Shown here piece after piece: positions 26,928 to 39,130 of a DNA stretch of 64,000 nt. Source of the stretch: Octopus bimaculoides. Its lineage: Eukaryota. A program made the translations under genes and the position numbers. The notes below the pieces were generated by a model, which was given only the letters and a program-made list of their open reading frames with translations, did no database searches and was not told the DNA's origin. The DNA lies in the NCBI RefSeq assembly GCF_001194135.2, contig NC_068985.1:9558678-9622677 (forward strand), in the 5' to 3' direction. Each line of letters starts with the position of its first letter. The first letter of the stretch is position 1.

Positions 26928-27251
26928 CTGCAAGATAAAAGTAAAAAAAAAAAAATTACTATAAGTATTTATCATATTTTGTTTCAATTTCTTTTATTTC
27001 TTAGTTTGGGGAGGGGCAATTCCATAGCTTTAAGAAGATACTGAAGACTGAAGAAAGCATTAAATTACCAAAATCAGAACATTGAATCAAAAACTTGAAA
27101 TGTTAGTGTTTAGTTTCAGAGAAGGAAAAAATGGCTGAAAAGACAAAACGGGACATGCAATATCGGACTGACTTGGTCCTTCAACTTAAGTACCTGATTC
27201 CACTGAATCTTAATTATTCTTAACTCATTAACCAAACCTATATATATGAGG

Positions 27252-27294
<43 letters not shown>

Positions 27295-28019
27295 TCTATA
27301 ACAAATGCTATGGGCTAGTATTCAACATAACTAAATTTGGAGAATGTATAATTATCAATTATGTTTCACATAATAAAATCCAAGTGATATATATTGTATA
27401 TGGTGCGAATGTAGTTTCTTTACAAACTGGCCTTTGGTCTTTGGTGTAAGTCATCAGACCCCACTTTACGTGATAACCATTCATTAACTTATGTAAATAT
27501 AGACACAAATGAAAGCACAAGGTGATGGCTAACCTTATAACATAACCAAAACTTCTGTACATTTTACAAATAATATGTAAATAATACACAACATCCATTT
27601 TCGCCAATACAATTTTCCTAATACTCTTTCTTTGTATGCTTTCAATGACATAAATTATAGCTGCAGCATTGCATATAGATGCAATATTTGATGCAACTTA
27701 TGTTTCAACAATCATTCGGCACAGCTAAGATGTTTTTGCTTTTACTTTGTATCACAACTAATGAATAATAGCACTATCGGTTACAACTGTCCAACTGCCA
27801 GTCAAGCCTTGCTTACTTGGATTGTCTCAAAGCACTAAAGCTCTCTTCTCTACAACACCACTATGAAATGTTATACTGCCTGTGTAGAATGTACCATCAG
27901 AATTACTCAAACAACGTGAGTATCAAGTTTTAAAAATTACTCATTACAACACATTATGACTTAGAGACTTCACTAGGCAAAGTCTTTTTTAGACATAGCC
28001 TGGGCACAATTAACTGAGT

Positions 28020-28273
28020 GAGTGAGTGTTCATGTGGAGGAGCGAATGAGTGAGTGTTCATGTGGAGGAGCGAATGAGTGAGTGTTCATGTGGAGGAGCG
28101 AATGAGTGAGTGTTCATGTGGAGGTNNNNNNNNNNNNNGTGAGTGAGTGTTCATGTGGAGGAGCGAATGAGTGAGTGTTCATGTGGAGGAGCGAATGAGT
28201 GAGTGTTCATGTGGAGGAGCGAATGAGTGAGTGTTCATGTGGAGGAGCGAATGAGTGAGTGTTCATGTGGAGG
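28020..28273. repeat. 28-bp minisatellite (gagtgagtgttcatgtggaggagcgaat)n
   Basis: Seven full and two partial identical units around a 13-N gap. Confidence 0.95.
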
Positions 28274-29213
28274 TGTCCAAGGACTAAACAACAGCAACAT
28301 CAGGTTTCTTACAATTAAAATTCATGTTATGTAGGTAACCAACAACTTAGTTTTACAGCTCATTGTAAGCCGAATACAGAAGTATTTTCCAACTGAAAAC
28401 AGCCACCACAAAATCTTTAAAAAGATCTCCATGAAAATTAACTGCAGCAGCGGTGCTAACATTAAGAATCTGATTTATGACAACAGAAGAAATTACATCA
28501 ACATCCTTTTGTCATATAACCAGCTGTAATGCAACTGTACCAATACTAACTCATGCCTTCTTGATGGCAAATGCCTCAGCAAGGAATTGAAACACTGTGC
28601 TTAAATGACAAACCACAGAAAAGAATCTATTTTAGTGGCTATGATTGTCACTATGACTAGATCTGAACTTGATCTTATAAAAAGCACCTTGAACAAATGT
28701 TGACCAATATCTGCCATTATATGTGTGCATGCATGTCCTGTCGGTGTTTGTGTTTGGCAGAATCATTAGCATGCCAAACAAAATGCCTCGTGGCATTGCT
28801 TCTGGCTTTGCATTCTGAGTTCAATTTTTGTCAATGTCAACTCTACCTTTCACCTTTTCAGGGTCAATGAAGTAAGTACCAGATGATCCCGGCGGGTTGA
28901 TGTAATCAGCTAGCTCCCTCACTCAGAACTTCAGACCTTGTGCCTGTAGTAGAAACAATTATTATTCGTTTCAAATTTAGACACAAGGCCTGCAATTTCG
29001 AGAAGGGGTTAGGTCGATTACATCAACTGGTCCTTATTTTATCAACCCCGAAAGGATGAAAGGCAAAGCCAACTTCAGTTGCATCTGAACTCAGAACATA
29101 AAGATGGACAAAATGAAGACACTAAGCATTTTGCCCACGGGCATATGGTGTAGTAGTTAAGAGCGCGGGTTACTAACCCCAAGATTCCAAGTTCGATTCC
29201 AGGCAGTGACTTA

Positions 29214-29248
<35 letters not shown>

Positions 29249-29262
29249 TAATAATAATAATA

Positions 29263-29529
29263 ATGTGGAATCTAAAAACAGAAACAATTCCTATTATAGT
29301 AGGTGCCTTAGGTATAATAAAAAAATATTCAGACAAATACATAACAAAAACACCAGGACTTACAAATATATATAACATACAGAAAATTGCACTACTGGGC
29401 ACAGCACACATCCTACGCAAAACACTTTCAATACAGTAACCATAAGAGCACCACAGCACATACCCAAGGCACACAGAGCTGCGCTCGGTAGTGAAGTGAA
29501 AGCACGTTATAAAAATAAAACTACTGAAC
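29263..29529 (+). mobile_element. 3' end of an R4/Dong-type RLE non-LTR retrotransposon inserted in (AAT)n
   Basis: Encodes MWNLKTETIPIIVGALGIIKKYSDKYITKTPGLTNIYNIQKIALLGTAHILRKTLSIQ*, the typical C-terminus of RLE LINEs, plus a ~90-nt 3'UTR. (AAT)n lies on both sides. Confidence 0.75.
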
Positions 29530-29604
29530 AATAATAATAATAATAATAATAATAACATCAAAAAATACCTTAGGAATCAGAACCTAGGTTCGAAATTTCC
29601 CCAA

Positions 29605-29650
29605 GACACCTGATGAAGGCTGGAGGGTATATCAGTTGAAATGTTGTGTT
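29605..29650 (+). ncRNA. Hammerhead ribozyme motif (family D), decayed by C-to-T changes
   Basis: Same motif, but CAGCCGAAACG has become CAGTTGAAATG; the core CTGATGA and stem I are retained. Confidence 0.65.
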
Positions 29651-29826
29651 AACAACAAACAAGATGAGGACAAATATCCGTCAAATGTAAATAATGTACA
29701 TAATTCCTCAACTCCCAAATATAGAACTGTACTAAGCATTTTACCTAGCATGCTAACAATTCTGCCAACTCGCTGCCTTAGAAAGAATTATTAATATTGC
29801 ATGGTGAGTACTCTTTACATGTGTGT

Positions 29827-29880
<54 letters not shown>

Positions 29881-31169
29881 ATGTACAGCTGTGATATTTG
29901 AAGATGACAGGAGATTTCCCAAATGTAACAACAGTTAATTTGTTGAACAAGCAAGATGAAAATAAATGCTTTCAAATAATGTATATAAAAAGATATATAT
30001 GCAAACAATGAAAATCTCAAGGATCAGAAATATGGATTATTAATCACAAGAAACAACTAGAGACATCTGGATAATAACATCGAATGAAATATGCCTATTT
30101 AATTGCCTCTTTAATTAAAAAAGAGACAGCCTTAGTTTGACAGGTATAAAAAAATCCCAATGTACAATCAAAATTAATCTGCCATCTGGAAATTATTAAA
30201 AGGCTTAACCAAATTTTGTTGTGTCTTGAGAGTGTCATGATGCCAATAATAACACCTGCACAGGTTCAGTTCCACTTCTTCATTGTTAGTCAATTGGTTG
30301 AATATCTTACCGTAAATTCACATCAAGAATCTTGCAAACAAAATACAAAATCAACTTTTGACACAAGGTTAGCATTTCAGGGAAGGGGGTAAGTTGACCT
30401 CATTGACCACCACCCCCGTGCTCAACAGGTACTTATTTTCATCAACTCTGAAAGGGCAAAAAATAAAAATCAACCTCAGTGGAAACTGAACTCAGAATGT
30501 AAAGAGCCAATATCGGATGTATTATTCAATAAATATTTGCAAAATTTTAAATAGAGAAATAATAAAAATTTATCAGCAAAAAATAACAATAACACTAACA
30601 TTCTACTAAGGATTTGTGTTTTTATTGTTTTATATTCTTGATTATGAGATGGACTGCTTTCGTAAAGGGAGAAATGTTACTGGTAGATTGAGATTACTCA
30701 GTGTTACTACTTCGAGTTACACAAATATTTTTGATAATAGGTCTGTTCATATGGAAGTGTCCTAGGGTCGAACGACAACAAGTTTCCTACAACTAGAATC
30801 CATGTTGCATTTGCAGCCAACAAGTTATTTTGCAGCTCTTATCTCTTATTTTAAATCAACTTCGAAACCCAAAGTAAAACTAACCAATTAATTGGGCCAT
30901 TTCAGCAACTAATTTAGCTTCTGGAAAAAAAAAAAAAATTCTTTAAATATTAAGAATATAAAAAATTCCATTGCCACGGTAGCTACATAGATGCTGCTGA
31001 AAAAAAGGAGAAAAACGGAATCAGCATCTACTCCAGGCTTGAAAATATTCCAATTATTTGGTATTTGGCAATCATCATTATCATTGGTGGTATGCTGATA
31101 AAGGATTACATATATTATGTGTATATATGTATGAATATATAAACACACACACATACATATGTATATATA

Positions 31170-31555
31170 CAGTGATTTCTTGCAGTATGAGTTTAATTCG
31201 TTCCATGACTGAGCTCGTCTTATGATTTACTCGTTTTACATATTAATTTTCCCCCATTGAAATTAAAATATAATTAATCCATTCCAGCCCCACAAAAAAC
31301 ACTCCAAAATAATTTTTCATGAGTTTTTGTAAAGAAAAGGTGTAGTTACATGTAAAATGATAATTATAAAAAAAAAGCGAATGCAAAAGAAATATGTAAA
31401 CTGGTTTTATTAACTGAATTACCTCAAAGATGGGACGATTTATGTGCTCTTACTGCGGATTTCCACTTGTACTTCAAAACAAAAATTCGCACAAGTCTCA
31501 GCTCGTACAGCAAATTGCCTGTACAATGGGGCACTCATACTGCGAGGTTCTACTG
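31170..31555. mobile_element. Tigger/pogo-like (Tc1/mariner) MITE
   Basis: Imperfect ~23-bp TIRs cagt....ctcgcagtatgagt, flanked by TA on both sides. Confidence 0.75.
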
Positions 31556-33156
31556 TATATATAATGTATATATGTGTGTATGTATATATAGTCATCATCA
31601 TCATCATTTAACATCCGCTTACCATGCTAGCATGGGTTGGATGATTTGACTGAGGACTGGCGAACCAGATGGCTGCACCAGGTTCCAATCTGGCATTAGG
31701 AAGGGCATCCAACCATAGTAACCTTGCCAAAACGGACAACTGAAGTCTGGTACAGCCTTCTGATTCACCAGCTTCCGTCAAACTGTCTGACCCATGCCAG
31801 CATGTAAAATAAGCATTGGATGATGATGATCATGTTGATGATGATGATGATGATCATGTTGATGATGATGATGATGATCATGATGAGTGAATGAATTAAT
31901 GAATGAATGAAAATAGATGAACTTTATGTTTGACAGAGTAATATCGAAATGCTAACGGGTTAATCCAGTGGATGTGGTTGGCCAGATTAGCGGAGGTTTA
32001 GTTAATTTGGCAGGAAATGAATCTTCTTCCTGAGATTCATTTATTCTTTACTTTAGTTTCCCCGACAACACTTGTATCCCAGTTTTGCACAAATATTCTT
32101 CATTGCACCAGTCTGGTTATTTTCATAAATCCCAACAGTATCAAATCAATGACATTGGGTTGTTAGTGGTAAACAATTGCTGGTATCAATTAAGAGACAG
32201 ATAAGAACATTCTGTTTTATTGAACAAACATTTTTGTTTATCATGAAATACATATCAGCTTCAGGAAAGCAGAAATAATATCATTTAGTCACTGGGGGGA
32301 AAACTTTTGATACAAATAATTAACATCACCACTAAGATAATTAACTAAAATATCAAGGAAAAAAATACAAAATACAAGGAAAAACAAGCAACAAAACAAA
32401 AACATTGTAGCCCAGTAGATTATATTTTCATTAAAATTTGGTCTGCCAAAGGCAATTGTGTCGATGTTAGAATTGTATTTACTAAAGAACTTTAAAATAT
32501 TTCAGTGTGGAAAAGGAAACAGCAAAATGCTTAATAGAGGTGAATAATAGGGGTAAAAGAAAAAGAAACAAAAGCTGCTACCACTGTTAAATTAGTCATT
32601 AATTACATTGTCCTCTTAATTAGTGACTAATTAGAGAATTCTTCATATTGTACGATATTATAGCTTAATAGGAGCGTCTTCCTTTTTTGTCGCATTTTAT
32701 GGTGAAACCAAAGTAGATAAACGCTGACTGTTAAACTGATAATCAAATATGCTAACATACTGACATTCTTGGGAGAATATTAATCGATTCTGTATTGAAA
32801 CAAATTCCTTTGATTCTGCAACATCTAAGTCAACATGTGATTCTGTGAAAACCAACATTCTAAGATGCAGAAAATCAAACTGGTGAATCAAATTATTAAT
32901 GCTATCATCATCATTATCATCAGCATCACTACTACCGACTCCAATGTTTCTAGAACCTCCTATTAATCTACTATCTAGTTATTTTCCACAACGATATAAC
33001 AGTAGGACTACTTCTTTGGTTAAACCTTCCTCTTTATCCTTTCAACTGACCCTTATACAATTGTCAATGCCACATTACAAATCTCTTTGCATCAGTGATT
33101 CTCAACAAGGTTCCATATGACCTTTGAGGGTCCATATAAGATTTCATTGTTGAAAC

Positions 33157-33453
33157 CAGGGCTGTGGAGTCAAGAGTTGTGGAGTCAAAAGTTGTGGAGT
33201 CAGAGTCGGAAACAATTAAGGGGTAACTGGAGTCAGACTCAGTAAAACTACACCGACTCTGACTCACAATATCTTTATTCTTTAATATAAACCAGTTATA
33301 ACACACAGGCCTACTCAAAGTACAAGTGTATGCATATGTTTTATGAGATATGTGGACCACAATCACTTAATTACATAAAGAGGAGTCAGAGTCAGAGATG
33401 CCAATAGTAGAGGAGTCGGAGTCAAAGTTTTTTGTTTCGACTCTACAGCCCTG
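33157..33453. mobile_element. hAT-like MITE
   Basis: TIR cagggctgt(g/a)gagtc, subterminal GGAGTC repeats, and 8-bp TSD gtt(g/a)aaac. It sits in an older element beginning cagtgattctcaac at about 33094. Confidence 0.85.
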
Positions 33454-33810
33454 GTTAAAACTTGGGTGCAATAAACTGGTTATATTTTTATGGTACACAA
33501 AAATATTTTAACAACTTTTTTATACAATTCCTAATAATATTTGATTACAAAAATTACAATCTGACTTTTCAAGACATCAAATAGCTTTGTGGGGTTCATC
33601 TGAGTAAAACAGAAATCAAAGTGGTCCTGATCAGGTATCTTACTTCTGTCTTACTATTTACTTAAGATTCTTCATAATTTCATTCACCATGAACTGGTTT
33701 CAATCATTGGATCATGACCAAGATAGAACATTGCATTCAACAATTTTACTGTTTCATATTGATACTAATAGTTGTTTTATTCACCTCTAACAAATAGTGA
33801 ACTTTTTACC

Positions 33811-34056
33811 TTAACCCTTTCGTTACCAACCCGGCTGAAACTGGCTCTGAGTATAAATGTCTTGTTTTCATAAGTTTTGAATTAAAATCTTCCACCAAAC
33901 CTTAGTCACAATTTATGCTCCTAACACTAACTTAATGATAATTTAGTTATTTTACTAAATTCTTTGTTATATTAAAAATTAATTGAAAGAAACACAGAAC
34001 ATCTCAACAAAAATATGGTCACAAAAGGGTTAAAATATATAATAGAGAAACAATTC
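33811..34056 (-). mobile_element. piggyBac-like MITE family G plus spacer
   Basis: Reverse-complement copy bounded by TTAA-CCCTT termini. Confidence 0.75.
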
Positions 34057-36402
34057 AAATTAACGGAATTAACAGCAATAAACCGGTGTCCAGATATCAT
34101 AAAAATAACATAAAAATGTAACATACAATAAACTTCCAAAATAACTGTGTTCATAATAATGAAAAACTCAAGCAGAAGGTTCTTCTGAAAATAGTTGCAC
34201 AGTAAGGTAGTTTTCTTCTTACTGTACAATTACCATATCATGAAACCATATTTATTACATAATACACATAATCTAAAAATTTAGTATTGTTTTTTTTACT
34301 TTTTGTGTTTTGAAAATGCCTATTTATAATTTTTAAATATTTGCTCCCAACAACACAGCCAATAAACATAGACTATTGTAGATTTATCAGCTCATAAAGT
34401 GGTATTCATTATATTGTATCTCTATTTCTTATTTACTTGTAAAACCTCCCCCACTGCACCTTTATTTACACAATAGATGCATTCAAAAAGAACTACCTCG
34501 ACAACCTAAAATTCACCATTACAGTATCTCAAATATCTGAGATGTTATTTGAGAAGTTTACTGCACCAGATTACACATAAAAATGTCATGATAATACAAG
34601 CAAAATCATTGACAGTCAAGTGTAGGAAATATAAAACAGACAGCTTAAAAGTTTACGTAAACCAATAAATCAACAACCAAATGTTAAAGAGCAACTAAAC
34701 GTTAATAATGATTTCGCTGTTTCACACATGAAGACTCACATCACTATGAAGTGAAGAAGACATGTTGCACACAAGAGCCTTATGTTAGAAATTTTATTGT
34801 GGTGTTGTAGGAAATTCACCTGACCTGCACCATCGTCATAACGGTCAACAGTTTGGAACAGCATCTGGTTGTCAAAATAATCCAACAAAGTAGTATGGTG
34901 AGAAATATCGCCGAATGTGTCAACAGACTCAGCAGATGAGCCAATAATGGAACCTATACACCAGTCACAGGTGAACTGCAGTCCGTGGGTAGCCCACAAG
35001 GGTTTCTGAATGGCATGCCAAACAAGACATGTGGTATCATGATGAAAATGCTATCTATCAGTGGTTTGTTCAATGAGAGCTGACCGAGGGTTAAAAAGCT
35101 TAAAGGAAAAGGCCAACTTCATCAGCATGTAAAGGTGTGGAGGAAATTGAGACAGGACACCTGTTGGAGATAATCCCATGCAAAAAAGAGCAGAGGAATG
35201 AATGAATAGTAATTAGAACAAGTAAGAGCAGAAGAATGGAAGCAAAACCATCAATAGCAATGAAAGGAATGATAATCAGAACAGAAACAATAATAATAAT
35301 AATAATAATAATAATCCTTTTTATTATAGGCACAAGGCCTGAAATTTTGGAGGATTGGGCTAGTCAATTACATTGACCCTAGTGCCTGACTGGTACTCAT
35401 TTTATTGACCCCGAAAGGATGAAAGGCAAAGTCGATCATGTTGGAATTTGAACTCAGAACATAGTGACAGACAAAATACCGCTAAGCATTTTGCCCAGCT
35501 TCTGACAATTCTTCCAGCTCACCTCCTTAATAATAATAATTATTATCATTTCTACTCAAACACCCCCTCGCCCCCAAAAGTATGAAAATTTTAGTAGTCA
35601 TTAGCTGGCAAATTTTGAATGAGGAGAATCAAGCACTGTTTGGTGCTAAATTCGAAACCAGGTATCAAAATTAACCAAAATTACTTTTGCTGAACTCAGC
35701 AGAGGTAAGACGATTTTATTATTCAGTGGAATTTTTTCCTACCATACTTGAAATTTATTTTGTGACTATTCTGTAGCACAGAAGTATTTTTGACTTCTAT
35801 TTTTAGTGATGCAGGTACTCATGTAGTATCCTTGTGTATATATATATATATTACTACACGCTCGGGGTGGCTGGTGTTAGGAAGGGCATCCAGCTGTAGA
35901 AATTCTGCCAAATCAGATTGGAGCCTGGTGTGGCCATCTGGCTCACCAGTCCTCAGTCAAATCGTCCAACCCATGCTAGCATGGAAAGTGGATGTTAAAC
36001 GATGATGATATATATTTTCTTTTATTCTTTTGTTTCAGTCATTTGACTGTGGCCATGCTGGAGCACCACTTTTAGTCGAACAAATCGACCCCAGGACTTA
36101 TTCTCTGTAAGCTTAGTATTTATTCTATCAGTCTCTTTTGCCGAACCGCTAAGTAATGGGGCACATAAACATACCAACATCGGTTGTCAAGTGATGGGGG
36201 GGNNNNNNNNNNNNNNNNNNNNNNNNNNNNNNNNNNNNNNNNNNNNNNNNNNNNNNNNNNNNNNNNNNNNNNNNTATATGTAGAGATATATATATACGAC
36301 AGACTTCTTTCAGTTTCAGTCTACCAAATCCACTGACAAGGCTTTGGTCGGACTGAGGCTATAGTAGAAGACACTTGCCGAAGGGACGAAACTGAAAGAA
36401 AC

Positions 36403-36444
<42 letters not shown>

Positions 36445-37079
36445 ACCACCACCATTTGACAACAGGTGTTGGTGTGTTTACATCCTTAGCTTAGCAGTTC
36501 AGCAAATCAAAATGATAGAATGAGTATCATGTTTTTAAAAAAAGAAATAATCGTACTGGGGTTAATTTGTTTGACTCAAAATTCTTCAAGCAGTGCTCCA
36601 GCATGGCTGCAGTCTAATGACTGAAGCAAGCAAAAAATAAAAGATATTTACCAGAAACTTCTGAGCATATCATTAATACCAATGCAGCAAACTAACTCCA
36701 ACAAATACTGTGTTATTTAGAAGTGAAGGAAACAACTAACAGCCTTACAAAGAGATAACAAACTATGGACTAGCGTTACTTCAAATGAAACATCAACATT
36801 ATATTCAAAAATCATAAACATGATTTCCTTACCAATCCCAAATGCTGACTAATATTGTAGATTCTATCAATTTGGTTGTAGCATTAAACAGGTCACTACT
36901 GTTCAGTTCTGGAATAATAGGATATCTATCCTACCATCTTGTAGTTCAGTAATGTAGATAATGAGCCTTTTTTTTTTTCCTTTTTTTTAAATTTATTTAT
37001 GCTGTGTGACATAGCAGTTCTCTGGTTTTGTCCCGATTAGTGATTCTAGCATTAATTAATATGCAAGCAAGGAAGTCTG

Positions 37080-37648
37080 GGATCTATTTTAAAACGGGGG
37101 CCATATTTTTCATTAATGTTTTACGTAGTGTTTTTGGTACCGAAAGACTTTCAAACTTCGTATACTTATCTATTTTGTGTTATAGAACAGAAAAATATTT
37201 TTGTATTCGAATTTATTTCATGTAAAAAATTGTCTTATTTCGATAATTTCAACCAATCACTGACAAGTATTCAGTTGTTTACATTCACTCCTTTGGCTGA
37301 TTAGGCGATGTAAAGCGTATTTAATCTCCATACCTTCGTTTTATTTGCTTTTTTCATTTTAAATTTGCTTTAACCCTAACCCTAACCCTAAGGTTAGGGT
37401 TAGGGTTAATTGTTTCAGAATCGTTTGTTTATGTAGTCGGCACTTAATGTATATCGGCTGAATGGACGTCAGTGATTGGTTGAAATTACAGAAATACGAC
37501 AACTTTAACATGGAATAACTTATGGATTTCTTTTTTTTTTAAAGAAGACTAAGAGAAAAAGATGTTTTATATGACACATTCTACCAGTGTTCCAAGTTTC
37601 AAAGTGTTTCGTTAATGAAAAATGTGGCCCCCATTTTAAAAAAGATCC
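37080..37648 (+). mobile_element. MITE with ~35-bp TIRs and an internal telomeric-repeat palindrome
   Basis: TIR ggatc..aaaacgggggcca(t/c)atttttcattaa; TSD gaagtct(g/t); centre (TAACCC)3 followed by (GGTTAG)n. Confidence 0.85.
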
Positions 37649-37754
37649 GAAGTCTTCGCTATTTTATAATTTGTTTGGAGTTCAGCATGTCAGCCAAATA
37701 TTGTTTGATGTAACTCAAGGATCCCATGATACAGACGAAGTTTGTGAATTGACA

Positions 37755-37990
37755 GCGAGCTAGCAGAACCGTTAGCACACCGGGTGAAATGCTTAGCGGT
37801 ATTTCGTCTGTCTTTTCTTTCTGAGTTCAAATTCCGCCAAGTTCGACTTTGCCTTTCATCCTTTCGGGGTCGATTAAATAAGTACCAGTTACGCAATGGG
37901 GTCGATATAATCGACTTAATCCGTTTGTCTGTCCTTGTTTGTCCCCTCTTTGTGTAACCCCTTGTGGGCAGTAAAGAAATAAGAATGTAT
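37755..37990 (+). mobile_element. SINE family B
   Basis: Head and body match; tail variant shared with 12800-13010. Confidence 0.75.
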
Positions 37991-38747
37991 ATTTTAAATT
38001 TGCTGCAGAACAGCTTCTGTTCTATAAAGTTTGGTTGACCATGCAATGGAATTTATTACAAAAGGTGGTTATCAACAGATTAATGTAATTAGAATTAAAG
38101 ATTACAGTTAATGCAAATCAAAGTGTAATTAATTTATTAGATATAATTCTAGATTTAAATATTACACTATAAATCCCACAAGAAATTTCAGTACATTAAT
38201 ATAAATTCCAGTCAAATTCTGATAGTCATAAAAGACTTAATGACAACAATAAGTGCATATTCTCTAATAAGGTACCCTATTATCATGCTGCACATTATTA
38301 CAAATGCAGTGGCTTTAAAGATATAATGTATTGCATACAACACAAATATTCATAGATGTTAAAATAGGAAGGGAAATATTACATGGTATCATCTTTCCTA
38401 CAGTTTAAATATGCATTTTAATGTCAGCAGAATTTTCCCATAAGTAAGCATTTTACTAAACACCATAGATATCATAAAGTCTTCAATAAAAATGTTAAAG
38501 GGAACTACAGTTGCACCAAAAACTTAGCTTCTACACCCTGTATAAACAAATGAAACACTTCCTGTTATGAACACATTAAATTCTTCCTCTGTACATAATT
38601 GTAACAACCATATCTGCCCTGTGTCTTTCTGAAGCATTAGTTCACTGAGCTAGTCTTTTGAAAATACCGATAAAACACTAAGCTATAGAGAGTTCACTAA
38701 AAATCAGTTTAAAAATGGATCCTCTCAAAAATGGACACTCACTATAG

Positions 38748-39130
38748 GTGCAGGAGTGGCTGTGTGGTAAGTAGCTTGCTTACCAACCACATGGTTCCAG
38801 GTTCAGTCCCACTGTGTGGTATCTTGGGCAAGTGTCTTCTACTATAGCTTCGGGTCGACCAAAACCTTGTGAGTGGATTTGGTAGACGGAAACTGAAAGA
38901 AGCCCATCGTATATATGTATATATATGTGTGTGTGTGTTTGTGTGTCTGTGTTTGTCCCCCCCCCCCCAACATCGCTTGACAACCGATACTGGTGTGTTA
39001 ACGTCCCCATAACTTAGTGGTTCGGCAAAAGAGACTGATAGAATAAGAACTAGGCTTACAAAGAATAAGTCCTGGGGTCGATTTGCTCAACTAAAGGCAG
39101 TGCTCCAGCATGGCCACAGTCAAAGGACTG
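38748..39130 (+). mobile_element. SINE family A (tRNA/CORE-like head, internal TA/TG microsatellite, gtaaaaga tail), full length
   Basis: gcaggagtggctgtgtggtaag...cttgggcaagtgtcttctactatag...(TA)(TG)n...gactgaaacaagtaaaaga; more than 20 whole or partial copies in the window. Confidence 0.85.

Larger units (their letters stand above)
29138..29730 (+). mobile_element. tRNA-headed, hammerhead-containing SINE-like element (family D) with a nested LINE fragment
   Basis: A-box-like TGGTGTAGTAG and B-box-like AGTTCGATTCC, then (AAT)n, HHR and a tail ending AGAACTG. An imperfect ~16-bp TSD actaagcatttt(g/a)cc lies at 29121-29136 and 29731-29746. The element splits a family B SINE. Confidence 0.85.

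Noticed and set aside
28020-28273. Regular 28-bp repeats resembling a CRISPR array
   Set aside because: Units are contiguous with no unique spacers, in a eukaryotic context without cas genes.
34736-34999. 87-aa minus-strand ORF in unique sequence
   Set aside because: No similarity I can name; its length is within chance expectation.
37365-37410. Inverted telomeric repeats as a chromosome fusion scar
   Set aside because: The polarity is wrong for a fusion, and the motif recurs inside a TSD-flanked MITE at 48.2 kb.
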